64,000 bases of DNA. Origin: a virus. The notes under the pieces are model-generated. The model made no database searches. It saw only the letters and a list, made by a program, of their open reading frames with translations, and was not told the origin of the DNA. This document shows, one piece after another, positions 55,995-64,000 of this stretch. Location: the IMG/VR virus record IMGVR_UViG_3300045412_000547, one strand, 5' to 3'. How positions within the stretch are numbered: the stretch's first letter is position 1; each line of letters begins with the position of its first letter. The translations under genes and the position numbers were made by a program.

Positions 55995-56441
55995 ATGAGC
56001 GCGAATATAGACTTATTATCTGTCAAAAAGTCATTAATTGACTTATCGGAGACACCTAAAAATTCATTTAATTCAGTTTTTACAGGTTATAATTTAAAAA
56101 AACTTTTAGATGATATTTTATTAGTAAAGTTTGTTGATGAAGCTGAGGACGGGGCTTCTATTATTAGAAACGGTATAGTTGTTCCTCTTAATACAGATAC
56201 CCGTGCATGGAGAATAGGAGAAGTTATACTTGCGGGCCCCAATATTAAATATACCCAGATTGGCGATTACGTATGCTTTCCTAACAATCTTGGAATACCG
56301 ATAGCTAATTTAGATGTAGATAATTATGGTACATTAAAAAAAGGAGTATTCCTAAATGAACAGAGAATTTTTGGTATTTGTTCATTAAGGAAAGATAATG
56401 AAAGTGTCGCTTCCCACATTAAAAAACGTTCTTCTAAGTAA
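55995..56441 (+). CDS. GroES-like co-chaperonin
   Basis: LDDILLV, GIVVP, GEVILAGP, GDYV.F. Confidence 0.75.
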   Translation: MSANIDLLSVKKSLIDLSETPKNSFNSVFTGYNLKKLLDDILLVKFVDEAEDGASIIRNGIVVPLNTDTRAWRIGEVILAGPNIKYTQIGDYVCFPNNLGIPIANLDVDNYGTLKKGVFLNEQRIFGICSLRKDNESVASHIKKRSSK

Positions 56442-56775
56442 TGTGGGGGAAATAAAATTTATTCGTAGGAGACCAAAGCTTGGTTCTCCTCCTACTAGAC
56501 GTATGCTTTGTACAAATAGTTTAAAGCTTTTAAATAGTACAGAAGGTAGACTTGCTTTAAATTATAGGCCTGCTATGCGTACTCCTCGTTTTAATCCTAC
56601 AGAAAAAAATCTTTTAATAACCTGGGACATCTTTATGCAGGATTATCGTTGTGTTAATATGTCAGCCTGCGAGCTTATTACATTTATACCTGCAGGTCAA
56701 GAGTTTTGGAAATACTTTAATGAAGTATTAGCCGGTATGTCTCAAAAACAAAAAATAGATTTTATGAACGCATGA
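56398..56775 (+). CDS. small SH3/WYL-like beta-barrel protein
   Basis: IKF.RR...RRMLCT, WDI...YR. Confidence 0.5.
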   Translation: MKVSLPTLKNVLLSNVGEIKFIRRRPKLGSPPTRRMLCTNSLKLLNSTEGRLALNYRPAMRTPRFNPTEKNLLITWDIFMQDYRCVNMSACELITFIPAGQEFWKYFNEVLAGMSQKQKIDFMNA

Positions 56776-57119
56776 CATCTGTTGAACAAATAGAAAAAAG
56801 TGTAAATAACTTTCTTCAAAAGAAAGTCAAATTTTTACTTGATACTAAGACTTTAAAAGAGGGTAAGATACTATTATTTTGTTTAAAAGATTTTTACTGT
56901 ATTTTTACGCTTATATCTGAGGTAAAAAATAATAAAAAAATATTATATGAGATCCCCTACCCTTTTAATATAGAAGTTTTTGATGAAAAAATAGTTTTTG
57001 ATTATACGGTTGATACTTTTTGTAGAGGAGATAAGAATTTAAAAGATATTATTAATAGAATTAAGACAAAGAAACCTTTTAAACTTTTTAATAAAAAACT
57101 TACAATTTTATCTGTATAA
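56772..57119 (+). CDS. hypothetical protein
   Basis: ATGA-coupled ORF. Confidence 0.6.
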   Translation: MTSVEQIEKSVNNFLQKKVKFLLDTKTLKEGKILLFCLKDFYCIFTLISEVKNNKKILYEIPYPFNIEVFDEKIVFDYTVDTFCRGDKNLKDIINRIKTKKPFKLFNKKLTILSV

Positions 57120-57148
57120 TTTGAATTATAATAAGATATAATATTAAT

Positions 57149-58780
57149 GTGCTGAGTAGATATTTAGGTCACTTCCCAAAAGAATACAACCCTAGTTCCC
57201 AGCAAGTAAAATTAATTAAAGGTGTTGAGAGAGCGTTTAATAATAGTAAAAAATTTGTTGTTTGTAGTGCTCCAACGGGGTCGGGTAAAAGTTTTTTAGC
57301 TAAAACATTATCCGGATTAAGTCAAAAACCTTCTACAGAATTTAAAAATTTAATTACTTCATATAAGGCTTATAAGCAAGATTACGTGGGTAATTATAAT
57401 CATGAAGTAGAATGCTTATCGGAACCCCCATTCGGGACATTTGCTTTAACTATAACGAAATCACTTCAAGATCAGTATTTAAAATTATTTCCTGATACCG
57501 ACTTATTAAAAGGCAAAACTAACTATGCCTGCAATGTAGATACAAGATTCGATGTTGAAACCGCCCCTTGTGTGTTTTTACCAAAGCTGAGGGACGATTG
57601 TTGGGAGAAAAACTTTTGTGCTTACTATACACAAAGAAACAAATCATTACTTTCCCAATTTTCAGTTTTAAACTATAAAATGTTTTTAAGTCTACCAAAC
57701 CATGTGAAGCGGAAAAACTTTATTATTTGTGACGAAGCATCGGAATTAGAAGATGAGCTTGTTAAGAGATTTTCTGCAGAAATTATATATGATAAATTAA
57801 GAAATTATGGTATAGAGTATAAGCCTATTATATCAGAAAACCGTGAAAGAGCGTTTAGCTGGACTAACGATTTAATTTTAACATTAAGCGAAAAAATAAA
57901 TACACTCATAGTAAAAGCATCTAAGAAAGAAGGAGCTTTATCACAGCCTGATCGCATAAAGCTTTTATATTTAAAAAATATTCACCGCTCGTTACTCACC
58001 GTAAATGCAAATTGGAGAGAAAGCGAATACATTGTCGATTTTGATGCAAAAAAAGTTTCATTTTTACCATTACGCGTAAATAGACTTTCCAAACATATCT
58101 TCGATTATGCTGATAATATTTTGCTTATGTCTGCTACTATTATTGATCATAAAAATTTTGCACGGAGTCTAGGAATAGAAGATTATACGTATGTTGAGGT
58201 TGATAGTGATTTTGATTCGCAAAAATCTCCTATATATGTAACATCAAAAAATAAGCTTAACTATAAAAATATAAAAAATGTTTTACCTGTTATTTGTGAT
58301 CAAATAAAGTCTATTGTCAATCATCATATCACAGAAAAAGGAATTATACATACCCATTCTAATGAAATTACCGAAACATTAAAAACAAAACTTAAAGATA
58401 ATTGCCGGTTTTTATTTCGCGATGATCTTACCAATAATGAAGAAATTTTAAAAGAGCATTTTGAATCGCATTTACCAACAATTTTAGTAAGCCCTTCTTT
58501 AGCATATGGTATAGATTTAAAAGACGACTTAGCGCGGTTTCAAATTATAGTAAAATTACCATATCCACCTTTATCATCTAAAAGAATTAAAAAACTTTTT
58601 GATTTAGATAAAGATTGGTATGAAAATAAAATGCTAAATGCACTAGTACAGGCTTGCGGGCGTGCAACAAGAAGTAAGCAAGATTTTTCAACTACATACA
58701 TACTGGATGGTAATATTTTTAATACACTTAAACGCGTAAAAGTCAAACTTCCGAAATATTTTATAGATAGAATTTGTTAA
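57149..58780 (+). CDS. DinG/XPD-family SF2 helicase
   Basis: APTGSGKS, LQDQY, KG..NY.C plus three further Cys, DEA, MSATI, GIDL, K.PYP, QACGR..R. Confidence 0.9.
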   Translation: MLSRYLGHFPKEYNPSSQQVKLIKGVERAFNNSKKFVVCSAPTGSGKSFLAKTLSGLSQKPSTEFKNLITSYKAYKQDYVGNYNHEVECLSEPPFGTFALTITKSLQDQYLKLFPDTDLLKGKTNYACNVDTRFDVETAPCVFLPKLRDDCWEKNFCAYYTQRNKSLLSQFSVLNYKMFLSLPNHVKRKNFIICDEASELEDELVKRFSAEIIYDKLRNYGIEYKPIISENRERAFSWTNDLILTLSEKINTLIVKASKKEGALSQPDRIKLLYLKNIHRSLLTVNANWRESEYIVDFDAKKVSFLPLRVNRLSKHIFDYADNILLMSATIIDHKNFARSLGIEDYTYVEVDSDFDSQKSPIYVTSKNKLNYKNIKNVLPVICDQIKSIVNHHITEKGIIHTHSNEITETLKTKLKDNCRFLFRDDLTNNEEILKEHFESHLPTILVSPSLAYGIDLKDDLARFQIIVKLPYPPLSSKRIKKLFDLDKDWYENKMLNALVQACGRATRSKQDFSTTYILDGNIFNTLKRVKVKLPKYFIDRIC

Positions 58781-58788
58781 ATAATAAA

Positions 58789-59562
58789 GTGAGGAACCGT
58801 ACATTTAATTTCGAGGTAAAGGACCTTGTTACTCAGTTCGTTGCGGCTTTTGACGATATTATTATCAAAAGATACGACAAGAATAGGGTAGCCCAAAGTT
58901 TACTTCAAGTCAGATATGTTTATTCCCCAAAACAAAGAGTAATGTACGATTTGGTCAACAAGGCGCAGAACATAACGGTACCAGTTGTTGCTATAAGCAT
59001 TTCAAACGTTGCAAGAGACGAAACTCGTGTTTTTAATAAATTGGCTGGTTTTAATTTCCCTGGGTCAAATTTAAATGTTAAGTCTAATTTTTTAGCTAGC
59101 CCAATACCTATTAACATAACTGTCAATATGTCTATCCTTTCAAAGTTTCAATCTGATATGGATCAGATTATTTCAAACTTTGTACCTTACAACAACCCCT
59201 ATATAATAATATCTTGGAAAATACCATCTGATTTACTAAGTCAAAAACAAGAGATTAGAAGTGAAATATTGTGGAGCGGTAGTATTAATCTTACTTACCC
59301 TACTGATATAAATGCATCAGAAAAATATAAGATTGTTGGTGATACTTCATTTACAATAAAAGGTTGGATGTTTCAAGTTAAACAGCAAGATGTGGGCAAT
59401 ATCTATCAAATTGATACTCACTTCCACGCTCAAAGAAATGTTCCACTTTATGATGATGTTACTACATTAATGATGGGTACAAGTACATTGTCTGAAACCG
59501 AATCATTTAGTCTATCTGGTAGCCCTCTTATTACAGATGTTATATACTCATACCCGGGGTGA
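58789..59562 (+). CDS. gp15: tail terminator/sheath stabiliser
   Basis: F...FDDI.I.R, YSPKQR, P.PIN, DQI, FT.KGW; start GTG 58789 by TAAATA-N5 rule. Confidence 0.8.
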   Translation: MRNRTFNFEVKDLVTQFVAAFDDIIIKRYDKNRVAQSLLQVRYVYSPKQRVMYDLVNKAQNITVPVVAISISNVARDETRVFNKLAGFNFPGSNLNVKSNFLASPIPINITVNMSILSKFQSDMDQIISNFVPYNNPYIIISWKIPSDLLSQKQEIRSEILWSGSINLTYPTDINASEKYKIVGDTSFTIKGWMFQVKQQDVGNIYQIDTHFHAQRNVPLYDDVTTLMMGTSTLSETESFSLSGSPLITDVIYSYPG

Positions 59563-59593
59563 TGTTTATACCTTTATGTTTGAATACTTTTAA

Positions 59594-59599
59594 TAAATA
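59594..59599 (+). promoter_or_regulatory. late promoter core for portal gene
   Basis: ATAAATA-N5-ATG. Confidence 0.7.
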
Positions 59600-59604
59600 A
59601 TATT

Positions 59605-61398
59605 ATGGCTGATTCCAATAGGGAAAGTACGTTTGGTCGGGACTTAATGAAGTTTATTTCGAATAAGCTTCCTTACAAAGAACTCTCTCTTGCTGATAAA
59701 ATTAACGATCTTAATCCCAAGTACAATCTATTTTTTGATAAAGGTACAAAGAAAAGCGAAGCTTTAGCAAGACAAAGTGTTTCATCATCTGTCTTATATA
59801 CAGATGACCTTGTAGCCAATGTCTTACAAAATAAAGATTATCACGAATTCATGTATGCAAACATACAACCGGATAAATCTCGCCGGTTAATGGATTATCG
59901 CGTTATGGCAGCTTTTTCAGAAGTTGCTAACGCTTTGGATGAAATATGTGATGAATTTATTAATAAGGATGATAATGGAGAAATAGTAAAGTTAAAATTT
60001 CGTGATGTAAATTTATCAGAAGACGTAAAGCAAGAAATTAAAAAAGAGTTTCAAAAATATATAGGTTATTTTGATTTAGAACATAACGGTTGGGAGTATG
60101 TAAGACAAATGCTCGTAGATGCAGAGATATATTTTGAACATATTATTCATAAAAAATTTCCCGAAGAAGGTGTTCTTGGCGTAATACAAATACCCTCCGA
60201 TCTAATTGATCCTATTTTTGGTAACGTACAAAACATGTTGATTAAGGGTTATCTTTTAAAGAAGCCTGTTTTTGATTTAAAGAATCCAACTAAGATTATT
60301 AAAACTGAATTTGTACCTATGGACGTTAATCAAGTAACGTACATTAATTCAGGCATATGGAATGAAAGCAAAACTGTTCGTCTTCCTTTTATAGAAAATG
60401 CGCGCCGAGCATATCGCCAGCTTAGCCTTATAGAAGATTCTATCGTTATTTATAGACTTGTCAGGGCTCCGGAGCGGTTAGTTTTTAATGTTGATGTAGG
60501 TAATATGCCCCCTCCAAAAGCAGAAGCTTACTTAAGAAAGCTTATGCAACAATATTGGAGTAAAAAAACTTTTGATGCTGATCAAGCAGCCACCGTTCAA
60601 AAATTTAACCCTCAATCAATGTTAGATAGTTTTTGGTTTGCTAAAAGAGCGGGCAGTGAAGGCACTACAGTTACGCCTTTACCTGGTGGCCAGAACCTTG
60701 GTGAACTTACAGATTTGATGTATTTTGTTCAAAAATTATACAAAGCTTTAAAAGTACCGGTTACGAGAATTAACCCAGAAGACACATACAAAGATGGCGC
60801 TGATATTCTTAGAGAAGAGTTAAAATTTGCTCGATTTATTATAAGGCTACAACAAACTTTTACATCAGGTTTCAAAAACGGCTTTATTACTCATTTAAAG
60901 CTTAAAAAACTTTGGGAAAAACATGAATTAAAAGAAACACATTTAGATTTATATTTTAATGTTCCAACTAACTTTTATGAGTTAAGGGAAAACCAAAAAT
61001 TTCAATTAAAAGCTGAAAACTTTAATGCTATCACTCAGAGTGAATTAGTATCTAAAACTTATGCTCAAAAGAAATACCTTGGTTGGTCTGAAACAGACAT
61101 TATGGCAAATAGAGAATTTTTACGCAAAGATAGAGAATTGCTTTGGGAGTTAGATCAGATTACACAAGGCGGTCCGGATTGGAGAGAGGGTGGGGTAGCT
61201 GCCGCGGGTGGTGGTCAACCATCTGAAGGTGGCGGTGCGTTAGGCGGCCCTAGCGGGTTACCACCGGCCCCTCCTGAATTTGGACCTGGCCCGGGACCTG
61301 AAGCTGGTGGCGCGCCTCCTGCAGGCGGTGCACCGACCCCTGGCGGAGCAGCTCCTGCCGGGGGGGCTGGAGGAGCAGGAGGGCCTACACCGGCTTAA
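59605..61398 (+). CDS. gp20: portal protein
   Basis: YR.MA..EV..A.DEI, QL.LIED.IVIYR..RAPER..F.VDVGNMP..KAE.Y, LPGGQNLG, ELKF. Confidence 0.97.
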   Translation: MADSNRESTFGRDLMKFISNKLPYKELSLADKINDLNPKYNLFFDKGTKKSEALARQSVSSSVLYTDDLVANVLQNKDYHEFMYANIQPDKSRRLMDYRVMAAFSEVANALDEICDEFINKDDNGEIVKLKFRDVNLSEDVKQEIKKEFQKYIGYFDLEHNGWEYVRQMLVDAEIYFEHIIHKKFPEEGVLGVIQIPSDLIDPIFGNVQNMLIKGYLLKKPVFDLKNPTKIIKTEFVPMDVNQVTYINSGIWNESKTVRLPFIENARRAYRQLSLIEDSIVIYRLVRAPERLVFNVDVGNMPPPKAEAYLRKLMQQYWSKKTFDADQAATVQKFNPQSMLDSFWFAKRAGSEGTTVTPLPGGQNLGELTDLMYFVQKLYKALKVPVTRINPEDTYKDGADILREELKFARFIIRLQQTFTSGFKNGFITHLKLKKLWEKHELKETHLDLYFNVPTNFYELRENQKFQLKAENFNAITQSELVSKTYAQKKYLGWSETDIMANREFLRKDRELLWELDQITQGGPDWREGGVAAAGGGQPSEGGGALGGPSGLPPAPPEFGPGPGPEAGGAPPAGGAPTPGGAAPAGGAGGAGGPTPA

Positions 61399-61402
61399 TT
61401 AA

Positions 61403-62482
61403 ATGGATTGCTCCTCTGTAACACCTATTTCAGCTTTTCAAAGTACAAATCTTAATAGTAAGATTGATTCATTTTCCCGTCTAGGTAATCGTATTAGCCG
61501 GTCTATGGGCGCTCCTATGGTAAATTTGGAGATACATCAAGATCAATTAAATGAAAATATAGCTATTGCCTGTGAAATGTTTGCTAAATTTGCCGGTTAT
61601 ACACAAGAAACTTTAGTATTTGATTCAGATCTTTATAAAGATGGAAAGGGATTAAAGCTTGACGAGTTATTTAGTATTACACCCAATTTTAATCGGGTTA
61701 ATGATCCTTCTAAACCAGTTTATGTAGCAAATATCTCTCTACCTGCAGCTATTTTTTTATCATCAACTTCTCTTTCTTCCACTTACTTGGATGGTATTTT
61801 TAAAAATCAAATTTTAACACAAACAAATTTTCTATCAGTTATCAATTTTAACAATTCTTTATTATCTGCTTTTACACCTTCATCAAATATAAATGCTGAA
61901 AAAATAGTTAACAGCTTTGACTATGATATTATGGATTATAGAAAAGTTATTGACGTTTACGATTTTGAAGAAGGAACATCTACGGGTATAAACACGCTAT
62001 TTACTATTGAGCAAACTTTAGCGCAACAAACATATTTTAGTTACGCTATGGGCAACTATGGTTTTGATTTAATTAGTTGGTATGTTTTGAAACAATGGTT
62101 AGATATTAGAGAAAACATGTTAGCAATAAAAAGAGCGGTCAATTTTGATGAACGTACACAATATCTAACCATGAACCCTCCACCACGCACGCCGGGATCA
62201 GGCTCTCGGTTTTATGGAGTCGTTGGTTGCTATGTTGAAAGACCTTTAAGGGACTTAATAAAAGAACCTTGGGTATATCAATATGCTCTAGCTTTATCAA
62301 AAATAGCTATTGGTAACGTTCGTGGAAAATACACAGGTACTACATTATTTGGAGGAGGGCAAATTAATTCTAATGATTTACTAAGTCAAGGTCTTAAAGA
62401 AAAAGAGGAATTAGAGCGAAAGCTTTACGAAGGTGCACCAGGTTTAGGCGATGCAGCACCACCTGCGTTTTTTGTCGGGTAA
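61403..62482 (+). CDS. gp13: neck protein (gp13-like)
   Basis: R.MG.P.VN.E...DQ, WVYQY.LAL.K...G..RGKY...L.GG..IN, P.FFVG C-terminus. Confidence 0.8.
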   Translation: MDCSSVTPISAFQSTNLNSKIDSFSRLGNRISRSMGAPMVNLEIHQDQLNENIAIACEMFAKFAGYTQETLVFDSDLYKDGKGLKLDELFSITPNFNRVNDPSKPVYVANISLPAAIFLSSTSLSSTYLDGIFKNQILTQTNFLSVINFNNSLLSAFTPSSNINAEKIVNSFDYDIMDYRKVIDVYDFEEGTSTGINTLFTIEQTLAQQTYFSYAMGNYGFDLISWYVLKQWLDIRENMLAIKRAVNFDERTQYLTMNPPPRTPGSGSRFYGVVGCYVERPLRDLIKEPWVYQYALALSKIAIGNVRGKYTGTTLFGGGQINSNDLLSQGLKEKEELERKLYEGAPGLGDAAPPAFFVG

Positions 62483-62483
62483 A

Positions 62484-62942
62484 ATGCGCCCTATTCAAAA
62501 AAACGATAATTTTAGACAAGGTTTATTTAAGCCAAAAAACCCGCAAAAATATCTTGGCAAAGGCATGCCTGTATATAGGTCCGGTTGGGAACTTAAATTT
62601 TTTAGATGGTGTGATGACAACCCTAATGTTCTAGAATGGGCCAGTGAGTCTGTAATCATTCCATATGTAAGCCCAATCGATCAAAAAGTACATAGATATT
62701 ATACAGACGGTATAATTGCTATAAAAGAACAAGATAATATTAAAAAATATATTATTGAAATTAAGCCTAGTAAGCAAACAGTCAAACCAGAAAATTCAAA
62801 TAGAAAAAAAATGTCGACAAAAATATATGAGGCTACAAGGTATGTACAAAATACAGCTAAATGGGAGGCTGCTAAAAAATGGTGTGAAAAAAAGGGTTAT
62901 AAATTTTTAATCCTTACTGAGAAAGAATTAGGAATTAGATAG
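62484..62942 (+). CDS. gp4: head completion nuclease (gp4-like)
   Basis: G.F.PKNP.KY.G, YRS.WE, W.SE...IPY, H.Y..D, EIKP, N.AKWEAA, LTE. Confidence 0.9.
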   Translation: MRPIQKNDNFRQGLFKPKNPQKYLGKGMPVYRSGWELKFFRWCDDNPNVLEWASESVIIPYVSPIDQKVHRYYTDGIIAIKEQDNIKKYIIEIKPSKQTVKPENSNRKKMSTKIYEATRYVQNTAKWEAAKKWCEKKGYKFLILTEKELGIR

Positions 62943-62951
62943 TATAAAGAA

Positions 62952-62957
62952 TAAATA
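62952..62957 (+). promoter_or_regulatory. late promoter core for prohead protease gene
   Basis: ATAAATA-N6-ATG. Confidence 0.7.
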
Positions 62958-62963
62958 TTTTAT

Positions 62964-63635
62964 ATGGCTTTTAGACTACTTGTAGAAACACCAGCTCCGG
63001 ACGAGCAATTTGAGTATATTGTTGAGGAAAAGAACCCTAAAGAACCATCTAAATTGTATATTTCTGGGCCTTACATGATGTGTGAAACTATTAATAAAAA
63101 TCTGCGTAAATATAGTAAAGATGACATGACGCGGGAAGTTAATCGTTATGTTAAGGAAATGGTTGAACCTAAAAGGGCCATGGGTGAATTAAATCACCCT
63201 ACATCTGCAGAAGTAAATTTAGAACGCGCTTGTCATATGGTTACAGAACTTAAAATGCAAGACAATTTTGTATTTGGAAAATCCCAAGTACTTTCTACTC
63301 CAATGGGATTATTAGTTCGTTCTCTTATTAATGATGGTGCAAGAGTTGGCATGTCTAGCCGTGCCTTGGGTAAGCTTGTAGAGGAAAAAAATGGAATTAA
63401 TCTTGTTCAAGATATGAGATTAATTGCTATAGATTGTGTTGCTGATCCGTCGTGTCCTAAAGCTTTTGTTAATGGTATTTTAGAAAGCAAAGAATTTGTT
63501 TTAAAAGCTGACGGTAGCTTAGAAGAGTTTTATGGTAAGTTTGAGCAAGCAGTTTCAAATTTACCCAAAAAAGAAGTTGCCCACTATTTAAAGGAACAAA
63601 TTATGTCTTTCTTTAAATCTCTTGGAAATCATTAA
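62964..63635 (+). CDS. gp21: prohead protease
   Basis: N.N.R.Y, A.GELNHP, TPMG, G.SSRALG, D.VADPS...AFV.GI.E. Confidence 0.95.
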   Translation: MAFRLLVETPAPDEQFEYIVEEKNPKEPSKLYISGPYMMCETINKNLRKYSKDDMTREVNRYVKEMVEPKRAMGELNHPTSAEVNLERACHMVTELKMQDNFVFGKSQVLSTPMGLLVRSLINDGARVGMSSRALGKLVEEKNGINLVQDMRLIAIDCVADPSCPKAFVNGILESKEFVLKADGSLEEFYGKFEQAVSNLPKKEVAHYLKEQIMSFFKSLGNH

Positions 63636-63656
63636 CAATAGCAATAAATAATAAAA

Positions 63657-63959
63657 ATGAGCAAAGCTAAAAAAAAGACAGTTTCGCAGGATGAAATTGA
63701 CGTAAAAAAGTCGGATCTGGATAAAGATGGTAAATTGTCAAAATATGAAAAGGCGAGAGGTAAAGCTATTGATAAAGCTAGAGGCGGAAACGGCAAAATG
63801 CCTAAAAAGACGAATAATGAAAGTATAAGCGTTGTAAGGTTTTTACAGCAACTTTCTCAAAAAAATTATGCCGAGGCTAATAAATATTTAAGCGAGGTTG
63901 TAGATTCAAAGTTAAAGACTAAGATTCAAACAGCCTTGAAGAACAAATTATTTAAATGA
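63657..63959 (+). CDS. small prohead core-type protein with EF-hand-like loop
   Basis: DLDKDGKLSKYE; between protease and scaffold; TAAATA-N6-ATG. Confidence 0.55.
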   Translation: MSKAKKKTVSQDEIDVKKSDLDKDGKLSKYEKARGKAIDKARGGNGKMPKKTNNESISVVRFLQQLSQKNYAEANKYLSEVVDSKLKTKIQTALKNKLFK

Positions 63960-64000
63960 GCAAATCTGTTACAGACATTCTTAAAGAAGCAACCAAAGAT
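63956..64000 (+). CDS. start of probable prohead core/scaffold protein (gp22-like), truncated by window edge
   Basis: ATGA-coupled MSKSVTDILKEATKD...; position after gp21. Confidence 0.5.
   Translation, partial: MSKSVTDILKEATKD

Noticed and set aside
1-64000. Stop-codon reassignment, as in some large phages
   Set aside because: Core genes are full length in code 11 and TAA, TAG and TGA all serve as stops
1-64000. tRNA genes, CRISPR array, IS elements or integrase
   Set aside because: Intergenic gaps are short and AT-rich; no cloverleaf, spaced repeats or transposase/integrase motifs seen
1-64000. Host or taxon assignment
   Set aside because: No spacer, tRNA or decisive marker in the window; needs database comparison

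Overview
AT-rich, gene-dense 64-kb segment of a large T4-like (Tevenvirinae-style core) myovirus genome using the standard genetic code. It holds tail/baseplate genes and terminase (1-8.6 kb), a T4-type replication/recombination block (primase, clamp, gp32, gp41 helicase, UvsX, family-B polymerase, gp46/47, gp55 late sigma, UvsW, UvsY; 12.9-35.1 kb), an accessory region (35-47 kb), a nine-gene glycan-synthesis cluster (47.6-54.9 kb) and head/neck genes (58.8-64 kb). Main observations: (i) a dispersed 7-deazaguanine pathway (folE, queD, queE, queC) with a stand-alone class II glutamine amidotransferase coupled to a glycosyltransferase and the helicase, plus a DUF366-like ligase-fold gene, and no DpdA/TGT in the window; (ii) about 27 genes with a TAAATA late-promoter core 5-7 nt before the start codon, plus sigma70-like promoters with the same geometry, implying a largely leaderless transcriptome in a phage that also encodes a divergent ribosomal protein bS21; (iii) a dozen or more proteins, including a ligase-like/HxGH nucleotidyltransferase pair and an aspartic protease, with N-termini resembling the T4 capsid-targeting sequence; (iv) GDP-mannose 3,5-epimerase clustered with three fucosyltransferase-family enzymes. 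No tRNA, rRNA, CRISPR array or mobile element was recognised. All product calls come from reading motifs by eye, not from database searches.
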